Below are positions 16,313-24,352 of a stretch of DNA of 25,490 bases, piece after piece. Source of the stretch: Tagaea sp. (GTDB lineage Bacteria; Pseudomonadota; Alphaproteobacteria; CACIAM-22H2); contig JAYRKO010000001.1 in NCBI GenBank assembly GCA_041905745.1, forward strand, positions 1-25,490, written 5' to 3'. The notes beneath the pieces were generated by a model that did not search any database, was not told where the DNA came from, and saw only the letters and a program-made list of their open reading frames with translations. Within the stretch, counting starts at the first letter, position 1. Each line of letters starts with the position of its first letter. The position numbers and the translations under genes are program-made.

Positions 16313-17409
16313 CGCGTCAAAGTCTCGAAAACGGCGCGATGGCGGGCGATCCAGTGCCCGATGTCGAAACGGGCTGCCGCCCGCGAACGCGCCATCGCAC
16401 CCAAATTGCGCCGATCGGCCGCAACTCCGCGCATCGCCTTGGCAAGTTCTGCCTCGTCCGGAACCTGCGGCACATCCCAGGATTCGGCGACTTGCACCCC
16501 GATGCCCGCCTCGCCGACGAGTTCCGGGACACCGCCGCTCGCCGAGAACACGATCGGAAGCCCGCACGCCATCGCCTCGATAACCGCGTTCGGACACGCA
16601 TCGTTATGCTTGGTCGAAATATAGACGTGCGCGGCGCGGTAGATTTCGGGTGCTTCCGCCTGCGTGTAGCGCCCCCTGAATTCGATCCGATCGGCGACGC
16701 CGAGTTGCGTGGCGATTTCGCGCGCGCGCTCGATAACGGTCGGCGCAGCCCAACCCGCCAGCCGGAGACACGCATCGAGACCGTCGTCGACGACGCGCGC
16801 GAACCCGCGGATCGCATTCTCGATGCGATAGAAAAGGTGCGCATCCATCTTGCCGGTCATCAGGAAAACGAGCTGCCCCGCAGGGTCGGCTTGCGCAGGT
16901 GTGAAGCGCGACGTGTCGACCGCATTGTAGAGTACCTCGCCCGGGCCTTCGCGCGGACCGAGGAAGATGTCGGCACCGCGACGGCAAAACTCGCTCTGCC
17001 AGAAGACGTGGGCGGCTTGCCTGTAGGTACGCGCCATGCGCGCGTTTTCGCCACGCCAGTCACCGCGATACCATGCGGGGTAGAACAGGCCGTTCTGGTT
17101 GTGGACGATCGGGACTCCGCGCAGCCGCAGAAGTGCGAGAGCGAAATCCGGCAAATAGGGCGCATTGCTCAGCGTGTAGACCAGATTGTAATCCGCGCGA
17201 TGTTCCGGGAAGTACTCGACCAAGCGCCGGACCTTGACGAGCGGTCCACCGACATCGCCGACGAGCGCGCCGCCGTAGTAGACACGTGGCGCGCCACGCG
17301 CGCCCGAGAATGGCATGGCCGCCAGCGCGCCGACCCCCAAAGCGACTGCATAGGCCGCACGCGCCATTGCCTTGGCGGGCGAAATATCGCGTCGGAAGTC
17401 GTCGCTCAT
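16309..17409 (-). CDS. GT4 (GT-B) glycosyltransferase
   Basis: VLYNAVDTSRF, LRLAG, DACPNAVIEAMACGLPIVFSASGGVPELVG. ATGA overlap at the start. Confidence 0.9.
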   Translation of the reverse strand: MSDDFRRDISPAKAMARAAYAVALGVGALAAMPFSGARGAPRVYYGGALVGDVGGPLVKVRRLVEYFPEHRADYNLVYTLSNAPYLPDFALALLRLRGVPIVHNQNGLFYPAWYRGDWRGENARMARTYRQAAHVFWQSEFCRRGADIFLGPREGPGEVLYNAVDTSRFTPAQADPAGQLVFLMTGKMDAHLFYRIENAIRGFARVVDDGLDACLRLAGWAAPTVIERAREIATQLGVADRIEFRGRYTQAEAPEIYRAAHVYISTKHNDACPNAVIEAMACGLPIVFSASGGVPELVGEAGIGVQVAESWDVPQVPDEAELAKAMRGVAADRRNLGAMARSRAAARFDIGHWIARHRAVFETLTR

Positions 17410-18206
17410 CGGGCCGGCTTGCGGGCAATACCCATCAACATGTGCGCGCAGAATCCCGACCACACGAACGGCGAGAGGCCGCGACCGAGCGCTTTGGCAA
17501 GCTTCGTGTCGTAGTGAAGCCCAAAGACCTGCCAAAGCATGCGCACGATCCCCTGCCGCTTTGCGACGGGCACCAGATCGAGAACGTCGAAGCCGTTGTT
17601 GGCGAGATAGTTGCGCATCTCGCCGCGTGTGAGACGCCATTGATAGAATCGTTTTCGCCGGTAGGCGGCTTCTACCTGTCGCTTTGCGTCAAAGGCAGCC
17701 GCAAAGGCGTGGCGAAGATTGTCGAACGGCGTGGTGATGAAGAGATATCCGCCGGGCTTGAGAAGCCGCAGGGCCTCGGTCAGACAAGGATCGAGGCCGT
17801 CTTCGAAATGCTCGAATGTGCCCCACGAAAAATAGGCATCGAATGAGGCATCGGGGAATCCGGTCGCGCGGATATCGCCGGCCCGAAACTCGATATTCGG
17901 AAAGACGGAGCGCAGCTGCGCGATGGTTTCCTGCGAGAGGTCCAGTCCCACCGTTGCGTAGCCGAGGCCGGCGAGATGGGCGGTCCATTCGCCAAGACCG
18001 CAGCCGCCATCGAGGATTCTGGCGCCCAACGGAAGGCGTTGCAGATATGGCCACATAAGTCGGAACTCGTCCTGGCGCGGTACGCGCGAGGTGGAGCCGG
18101 TAGGGCCGCCCATTCGGCGCCAAACTTCGGTCCAATGCGCGGCGATATGCGTCGCTTCGTCACGGGAGGCCGTTTCGTCAGCGACAGCCATATAGTCCTT
18201 GCGCAT
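17406..18206 (-). CDS. Class I SAM-dependent methyltransferase (type 11-like)
   Basis: ILDGGCGLGEW, VGLDLS, GDIRATGFPDASFDAYFSWGTFEHF and RLLKPGGYL. AAGGAG SD upstream of ATG 18206. Confidence 0.88.
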   Translation of the reverse strand: MRKDYMAVADETASRDEATHIAAHWTEVWRRMGGPTGSTSRVPRQDEFRLMWPYLQRLPLGARILDGGCGLGEWTAHLAGLGYATVGLDLSQETIAQLRSVFPNIEFRAGDIRATGFPDASFDAYFSWGTFEHFEDGLDPCLTEALRLLKPGGYLFITTPFDNLRHAFAAAFDAKRQVEAAYRRKRFYQWRLTRGEMRNYLANNGFDVLDLVPVAKRQGIVRMLWQVFGLHYDTKLAKALGRGLSPFVWSGFCAHMLMGIARKPAR

Positions 18207-18268
18207 CTTGCTTGCTTGCTCCTTGGCGACCGGGATGCCACCCACTTATTCCGACAGTCATGCAGGAC

Positions 18269-18287
18269 GGTCAATAAGAACTTGACG
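18269..18287. promoter_or_regulatory. Back-to-back -35-like hexamers (divergent promoters)
   Basis: TTGACC on the minus strand (18274-18269) and TTGACG on the plus strand (18282-18287), 7 bp apart in the divergent gap. The -10 boxes are weak. Confidence 0.35.
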
Positions 18288-18356
18288 CGCCCGCCGACCC
18301 TCGTCTACCCCACGGCAGAACTGCAACGTCCCGAACGACCGACGAACAGAGCGAAC

Positions 18357-19361
18357 ATGTCCAAGATCGAAGTTTCCGGACGTAAAGTGGCAGTCACCGG
18401 CGGCGCCGGCCTGATCGGATCGTTCCTCGTCGAAGAACTGCTGGCGCGCGGCGCGAAGGTCGTCGTCGTTGACGATTTTTCGACCGGCCTGCGCGGCCAC
18501 CTTTCCGCGGTCGAGAAAAGTATCGAAGTGCGCGAAGGCGACCTCGAGCGTTCCGGCTTCGCCCTCGAGGCCCTCGAAGGAACCGACATCGTCTTTCACC
18601 TCGCGAGCCGCGCATTCGGCGTGGGTTACGGCGCCTCGCGCCATCTCGAGATCTGCCTGCACAACGAGCGCGTGACGAACAACGTCGTCGAAGCGATCGC
18701 CCGACACCGGCCCGCGTTCGCGCTCGCCGTGTCGTCTTCGTGCGTCCACCGCGACGACGGGCCGGACACGTTCCCGGAACTGCCCGTCTACGACGGCGAC
18801 CCCGAACGGGCGAACAGCGGCTACGGTTGGGCCAAACGCTTTCTCGAGACAAAGTTCGCAATGATGTCCGAAGCGAGCGGCGTTCCGATTGTCCTCGCAC
18901 GCCCCGTCAACGTCTATGGCGAGCGTTATCGCTGGCGCGGCAGGAACAGCCAGGCGATTCCCATGCTGGTCCACAAAGTAATGGGCGGAATGGATCCGCT
19001 CGTGGTCTGGGGCAGCGGCCGACAGCGCCGCAACTACATCCATGCGATCGATTGCGCGCGCCTGCTGCTGCGGCTCGTCGAGGCAAATGCCGCCGGCCAG
19101 ACGGTGAATGTCGGCTTCGAAGACACGATTTCGATGGGCGAACTGGTTTCGATGATCATCGAAATCGCGGGCTCCAAGGCGCAGCCCTCGTTCGATACGA
19201 CCAAGCCGGAGGGGCGTTTCGTCAAGTCGGCCGATTCGACGCGGTTGCGAAGCCTGCTGGGCGAATGCCGCCCCGAAATCGACATCCGGGAGGGCTTGCG
19301 TCGAATGCTGCAGTGGTATCGTACCTTGCCGCCGGGCGACAAATCGCCGCTTTCTGATTGA
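18357..19361 (+). CDS. NAD-dependent NDP-sugar epimerase/reductase (GDP-mannose 3,5-epimerase / GDP-fucose synthase-like extended SDR)
   Basis: TGGAGLIGS, VDDFSTG, SSSC, YGWAK (YxxxK), RP.NVYG, NSQAIPMLVHK, WGSG.Q.R.YIH and DTTKPEG. Confidence 0.85.
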   Translation: MSKIEVSGRKVAVTGGAGLIGSFLVEELLARGAKVVVVDDFSTGLRGHLSAVEKSIEVREGDLERSGFALEALEGTDIVFHLASRAFGVGYGASRHLEICLHNERVTNNVVEAIARHRPAFALAVSSSCVHRDDGPDTFPELPVYDGDPERANSGYGWAKRFLETKFAMMSEASGVPIVLARPVNVYGERYRWRGRNSQAIPMLVHKVMGGMDPLVVWGSGRQRRNYIHAIDCARLLLRLVEANAAGQTVNVGFEDTISMGELVSMIIEIAGSKAQPSFDTTKPEGRFVKSADSTRLRSLLGECRPEIDIREGLRRMLQWYRTLPPGDKSPLSD

Positions 19362-19381
19362 GCGAAAAAAGCAGGAGCCGG

Positions 19382-20239
19382 ATGAAAATGGAACTGGCCC
19401 GATATCGATTTCCCGACGTTGACCTTCAGACGATCGAAGCAGTCGTCAGAGATCAGGGCATTTGCATCCTGGAAGGGTTTCTCGCAAGCGATCAGGTCCG
19501 GCAAATCTCGGCCGAGCTGAAGCGGCTGCACGACGAGCATGCGGCATGGCTCCGGCACCATCAGACGGCGTCCGGATACTTCATGAGTTGCTCGCCATTG
19601 CGCCTGAAGCAGGAAGCAGCACGGGCACCGGCGCTGGTCGGGGCGCTCAGGACACCCCTTATTCCCGCGATGTCGGCGCGCTATCTCGGCCCCGGATGGT
19701 ATCTGGAAACGGTCATCGCCGACTTCAAGAACCCGAGCGGAAATCCAATCACGAACTGGCACAGCGACGATCCAGCTTCGCTGCGCGGCATGTGTCTCAA
19801 GTTCATGTTCTATCTCTGCGATATTTCGTCGGACAACGGCGCGTTTGCGTTCGTGCCGAAATCGCATCGCCTGATCGGACGCCTGGCGCAGGCTGTGGGA
19901 CGGCACGGCGAAACGCAGGAAGCTCTTTACGATTACTTCGACATGCGTCAGACCGCGCTCAAGGTCGGAAGCTTCGACGACATCCTGAAGTCGACGGAGT
20001 TCAACGCGATGGACGAAGCGATCGTAAATGCCGGGAATGACGCATTCAGCGTCGAGGCGCCGGCAGGATCCGTCATTGTCTTCGACTCGTGCGGCGTTCA
20101 CCGTGGCGGCGTTCCCGAACATGGATCCAGATCCATTTTCCGGGCTCATTTCAGGAATTTCCAGGCGTCCGCACATCTGTCGACGCCGCGCAACGCGTAC
20201 AATTACGCGCGCAACGTGCTCGCACGGCGCCTGGCCTGA
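19382..20239 (+). CDS. PhyH-like Fe(II)/2-oxoglutarate dioxygenase (alternative TTG start 19358)
   Basis: QG.CILEGFL, WHSD (HxD), GAFAFVPKSH and GSVIVFD..GVHRG (distal His, Arg). AGGAG SD precedes the ATG. Confidence 0.82.
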   Translation: MKMELARYRFPDVDLQTIEAVVRDQGICILEGFLASDQVRQISAELKRLHDEHAAWLRHHQTASGYFMSCSPLRLKQEAARAPALVGALRTPLIPAMSARYLGPGWYLETVIADFKNPSGNPITNWHSDDPASLRGMCLKFMFYLCDISSDNGAFAFVPKSHRLIGRLAQAVGRHGETQEALYDYFDMRQTALKVGSFDDILKSTEFNAMDEAIVNAGNDAFSVEAPAGSVIVFDSCGVHRGGVPEHGSRSIFRAHFRNFQASAHLSTPRNAYNYARNVLARRLA

Positions 20240-20258
20240 CGAACGACGTGACGGCCGA

Positions 20259-21359
20259 TTACGGGCCCAACAGCGGCGCGTATACTTTTTCCCAGTGTGC
20301 GGCAGCAACGGCGGACCAGTCGTATGCCGCGATATCCGCACGCGCCGCGGCAGTCCAAGCTCGCCCGCATGCCGGATCGACAAGCACGGCCGCCGCCCGC
20401 GCGGCAAACGCGCCGACATCGCCGACCGGCACAAGCGCGCCGTTGATCCCGTCGCGGATCATGTCGGATGCCATACCGCAATCGGCCGCAACGATTGGAA
20501 CGCCGGCGGCAAAGCTTTCAGGTATCGCCTTGGGCCCACCTTCCTCGCGCGACGTCATCAGGTAGAGATCGAGGGCCGCATATGCATCGGCGATCTTCAG
20601 ATAGTCGTCGAGAAAGACGTGGCGAACCGGGACCCCGGCCGCCGCGAGCCCGGCCTTGACGTAACCCCGCGCCGGCCCCGTCAGCAGCGCCATGACCGGT
20701 AGGCCACGGGCACGCAATGCCGCCATCGCCGCAACGAAGATGTCCGGTCCCTTGATGAGCTTGGGCTCGTTTCCGTCACCCCACCCGACCCCGTCCTTCT
20801 GGAACGAACCGACCGCGATCGCATTCTCCGGGATGCCGAAGGCAGCGCGCGCCGCGGCCCGGCGATTCGCGTCCGCCGGCGCAAAATGGTGCGTATCGAC
20901 GCCGATCGGGATCCGCACGACGCGCTCCTTCGGGACGCCCCATTCGACAAGGCGCCGTTCCATGAGCGAGGCTGCCGTCACGACGCACGCGACCCGGTCG
21001 AGGCGCGCCAAGAACGCCTCGACATCGCGCGCCGCATCGGGGCCGTCTTCCGGCTTGCCGTGGAAGTAGGTCACGACGTAGGCCGGCCCGCGCGGAAGGT
21101 GGGCGCTCCATGCGTTCCACAGAAAGTGCGAACCGAAATGCACGACCGCGCCCGCCGCACGCCACGGACTCTCCGAGATGCACGCCGTCCCGGGTCGCAC
21201 CGCGTCGATGCCGCGCGTGATGTAGAGGCCATCCCAGCGGATCGACCAGTCGTTGCGTTCGACGACGAACGTCACCGGAAAAGGCTTCAGCCGCAGACCG
21301 GGCAGACGACCGGCCTGCGCGAGCAGCGTACGCACGCCCTCGCGAAGGAATTCCTTCAT
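20259..21359 (-). CDS. GT4 (GT-B) glycosyltransferase
   Basis: RIPIGVDTHHF, K.IKGPD, DLYLMTSREEGGPKAIPESFAAGVP (EX7E) and NGALV. ATGA overlap at the start. Confidence 0.9.
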   Translation of the reverse strand: MKEFLREGVRTLLAQAGRLPGLRLKPFPVTFVVERNDWSIRWDGLYITRGIDAVRPGTACISESPWRAAGAVVHFGSHFLWNAWSAHLPRGPAYVVTYFHGKPEDGPDAARDVEAFLARLDRVACVVTAASLMERRLVEWGVPKERVVRIPIGVDTHHFAPADANRRAAARAAFGIPENAIAVGSFQKDGVGWGDGNEPKLIKGPDIFVAAMAALRARGLPVMALLTGPARGYVKAGLAAAGVPVRHVFLDDYLKIADAYAALDLYLMTSREEGGPKAIPESFAAGVPIVAADCGMASDMIRDGINGALVPVGDVGAFAARAAAVLVDPACGRAWTAAARADIAAYDWSAVAAAHWEKVYAPLLGP

Positions 21360-22384
21360 GCGGTCACCTGTGCGCGCAGAAAGGCCAGAGGAGAACGCCA
21401 AAGGCGGCGCGCGGCGACAATCTCCCTGCGGTGGGCGAGAATTTCTTCGAGTGCGGCAAGCCAGTCAGCGCACATCCGCCGTGCAGTCCACGGATAGGCA
21501 GGCATCTTCGCGCGCGCGTCCGCATAGCGCGCGGCCAGTCGCTCGAAAGCTTCGGCAAAGTCGGCCGGGCCGTCAAACGCCTCGCCGAAGCCGCGGCAAT
21601 ATTCGGGCATGCAACCGCTGTTGCGATACAGGAGCGGCAGACCGCAGCACGCCCCCTCGTTCTGATGATTGCCGCCCGGCTCGAACTGCGAGGCGGTCAC
21701 ATAGGCATGATGACCTCGCAACTCGTCGGCGAGCGCCTTTCCGGACAGTGGCGGTACATACGTTGCGTTGCGGAAGCGGAAGCCAGTCGGCAGGTTCCCG
21801 ACATAGGTGAAGGCAAGCCGGGCCCGCCATTGCGGCGCGTCGAGAAGTCTATCGATTGCCGAATAGACGTCGAATCCTTTGAGCGGATTGAAGCCCCAAT
21901 GGTGCGTGACGAGGCGCAGCGGGCCAGTGCCGTCCCACGGGACTTGGCCGGCATCGTTGAAAAGTGTCTCGTCGGCGCCGTTGCGCAAGACCTTGAAGGG
22001 TGTACGCCGGTTGGCTTGCCAGACGGGAAGCTCGGTGAGCCATTCGCCGACGAACGCGGTCACGTCGGCGCAGTAGTTCGCTCGCGCCAGCATCGCATCG
22101 ATATGCCGAGTTCCCTTGCGCAAATCACATTCGTTGATCCTGTGGATCACGACCGCGTCGGGGTTGCGCAGCCAGAGATACCGCAGGACCGCACCCGGCC
22201 CGAATGCCGCCGCCGGATTTCGTCGCCGCGGATCCGTCAGCACGATCGCGTCGATGTCGCGATCCGACAGATCGAAGCGAACCGCGTGACCGGCGCGCTC
22301 AAGACCGTCGGCAAGCGCGTGGGCGAACATGTTGCCCCCGCCCCACGGTCCCTCCATAAGGCGATGGCCGAGCGCGACTTTCAT
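21356..22384 (-). CDS. GT4-like (GT-B) glycosyltransferase
   Basis: PWGGG..F, NGAD..LF, KGFD and ASQFEPGGNHQNEGACCGLPLLY (EX7E). Confidence 0.8.
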   Translation of the reverse strand: MKVALGHRLMEGPWGGGNMFAHALADGLERAGHAVRFDLSDRDIDAIVLTDPRRRNPAAAFGPGAVLRYLWLRNPDAVVIHRINECDLRKGTRHIDAMLARANYCADVTAFVGEWLTELPVWQANRRTPFKVLRNGADETLFNDAGQVPWDGTGPLRLVTHHWGFNPLKGFDVYSAIDRLLDAPQWRARLAFTYVGNLPTGFRFRNATYVPPLSGKALADELRGHHAYVTASQFEPGGNHQNEGACCGLPLLYRNSGCMPEYCRGFGEAFDGPADFAEAFERLAARYADARAKMPAYPWTARRMCADWLAALEEILAHRREIVAARRLWRSPLAFLRAQVTA

Positions 22385-22400
22385 TCTGGACGCCGTGTCG

Positions 22401-23174
22401 TCACGTCGCGTCGCCGAGGCGATACTCCGGGTTGAGCCCGCTCTTGGCGTAGTAGAGACTGCCCGCATCGTCGGCACCGCGTCGCGCAATCGCCGCATAG
22501 CGCATGCCCACGAGTTCCGGATTCGTCTTGCGAAAGCAGCCGCTTTCGTGGATCGGGCCGAAGCCCGCCATGTCGAGCCAAGCGCGGATCGCGCCAGCGC
22601 TCGGCAGATGCGTGATCGTCCCGGTGTCGCGGAACGTCTGCGGCCAGTGGATCTGGACAAACGCGCCGTCACGAAGGGCCCGAGATCCGCGCAATGTCGA
22701 ACTTTCGAGCACAAGCCATCCGTCCGGCGCAAGTTGGCGGAACAGCAGGCGCAGCATCCGGAGTTGTTCGGCGTTGTGATAGAGGACGCCGGTGAACCAG
22801 ACGAGATCGAACCGGCCGAGTTCGGCGCGCGCTGAGGCGTCCATATAGAGATAGTTCGCTTCGATGTACTTCTTGGGGCAGTCGATGCCGGCGATCCATT
22901 CCCGGTTGACGGTCCCCTTCTCGGGCAGATCCAGCATCACGAGTTCCGCGGGTGCAAGGGTTGCCAGTCGGCGCGAGTCGAGCCCGTCGCGCGGGCCGAT
23001 TTCGAGTATCCGCTTGCCAGCGAAGCGGCCTGTGCCCGCCAATGCAACGAGTTCGTCAAACAGCGCGATTCGGTAGGGCAGCCATTCCTCTCCTTCCTTG
23101 CGCGGACCGCGCACAAGCGTGCGAAGTCGTTCGCGCAGCGGTGCAGGCAGGAGTGCGGCGAGTCGTCGGATCAT
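22401..23174 (-). CDS. Class I SAM-dependent methyltransferase (CmoB/DUF1698-like fold, probably glycan-acting)
   Basis: ILEIGPRDG, FDLVWFTGVLYH and LAPDGWLVLES. ATGA overlap at the start. Confidence 0.82.
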   Translation of the reverse strand: MIRRLAALLPAPLRERLRTLVRGPRKEGEEWLPYRIALFDELVALAGTGRFAGKRILEIGPRDGLDSRRLATLAPAELVMLDLPEKGTVNREWIAGIDCPKKYIEANYLYMDASARAELGRFDLVWFTGVLYHNAEQLRMLRLLFRQLAPDGWLVLESSTLRGSRALRDGAFVQIHWPQTFRDTGTITHLPSAGAIRAWLDMAGFGPIHESGCFRKTNPELVGMRYAAIARRGADDAGSLYYAKSGLNPEYRLGDAT

Positions 23175-24340
23175 TTCGTTCCATCCAGAGCTTGGCCACG
23201 CGCCGATTTGGCCCGTTCGGCGGAAAGTCGGTCGGCAAGTGCGACGATGGCGCGATCCATCCGCGCGAGGCCGAAATGACGCACGGCATCTGCACGCGCG
23301 GTTTCGCCGATACGCCGGCGCAATGCCGGTTCGGCCATCAGCCGTTCGATCGCGGCACCAAAGGCGGCCGGATCGCCCGGCGGCACGAGAATGCAGTTCT
23401 CGCCCGAACGAAACACTTCGGGATCCCACAGGCCGCGATTTCTGGTCAAGACGACCGGGCGGCCGCAAGCCATCGCCTGCAGCGTCACCGAGTAACCGCT
23501 GGGCTGGTAGACGTCGTGGAGCGGGACCGCGACGATCGCAGCCGACCGGTAGAGATCGCGCAGCACGACATCCGTGATCGGCGAGCCGTAGAGATTGCCG
23601 CGGACGATTTCGACGCTTCTGCCGGCAGGCACATCAACGGGCAGGCTCGTAAGGATGCGCAAGCTTGCCGTCGTAGGCGCTCCAACGAGCGTCGCATAGT
23701 CGCGCTGCGGGTCCGAACCGACCGCAAACACCCGCGGCTCCTCTGCGGCGGCATCCGACGGGATCCAGAAATCCGTGTCGACTCCGAAGGGGAACAGCGA
23801 CGTTTTCGCGGCATCGAGACCGTACATCTCGATCGATTGCCGACGATCCACCTCGCCGAAGAAGAACATGTGGTCTAGACCGTGCAGCGCCCGCGCGATG
23901 CGTCGCCGCACCAACGGACGGGCCCACGGTCGCGCGCGCATGTGGATGTCCGCAAGACCGTGGAAGCCTCCCGCGAGGTACGGTCCGCCCTGTCGCCGCC
24001 AGTACCCCATCGAGAGGCTGAAGGCGTCGGTAAAGCTGAGCGCTATATCGGCGCGAGCGAAGGACGGCTCGAGGGCACGCACGCGCTGACGCGACATTCC
24101 GAAGACCAGAAAGCGGTTGCGCACCACTTCCCACATCAGATCGAGCTTCGCCGCAAAGCCAGTCGGCGCCGATCGCGTATCGCCGATTTCGCAGCGACGC
24201 CCGGTCTCGACCAATCCGAGATATCCGTAGAAGAAGTCCCGCGGAACCGAACCAGACGCGAGTTCGGCAAGGCGACGGCGACGACTTTCCCCGGGATAGA
24301 GGAAGAGGTAGCTGTTTTTGTCCGTCGAAGCGTCCGGCAT
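23171..24340 (-). CDS. GT4 (GT-B) glycosyltransferase
   Basis: FPFGVDTDFW, AVG...QRDYATL, A.IVAVPL, SGYSVTLQAMACGRPVV and LVPPGDP. Confidence 0.87.
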   Translation of the reverse strand: MPDASTDKNSYLFLYPGESRRRRLAELASGSVPRDFFYGYLGLVETGRRCEIGDTRSAPTGFAAKLDLMWEVVRNRFLVFGMSRQRVRALEPSFARADIALSFTDAFSLSMGYWRRQGGPYLAGGFHGLADIHMRARPWARPLVRRRIARALHGLDHMFFFGEVDRRQSIEMYGLDAAKTSLFPFGVDTDFWIPSDAAAEEPRVFAVGSDPQRDYATLVGAPTTASLRILTSLPVDVPAGRSVEIVRGNLYGSPITDVVLRDLYRSAAIVAVPLHDVYQPSGYSVTLQAMACGRPVVLTRNRGLWDPEVFRSGENCILVPPGDPAAFGAAIERLMAEPALRRRIGETARADAVRHFGLARMDRAIVALADRLSAERAKSARGQALDGTK

Positions 24341-24352
24341 GCGGCAGTCTCT

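Noticed and set aside
18207-18218. (CAAG)3 repeat between SD and ATG of the methyltransferase, a possible phase-variation tract
   Set aside because: Only three units, too short for appreciable slipped-strand switching.
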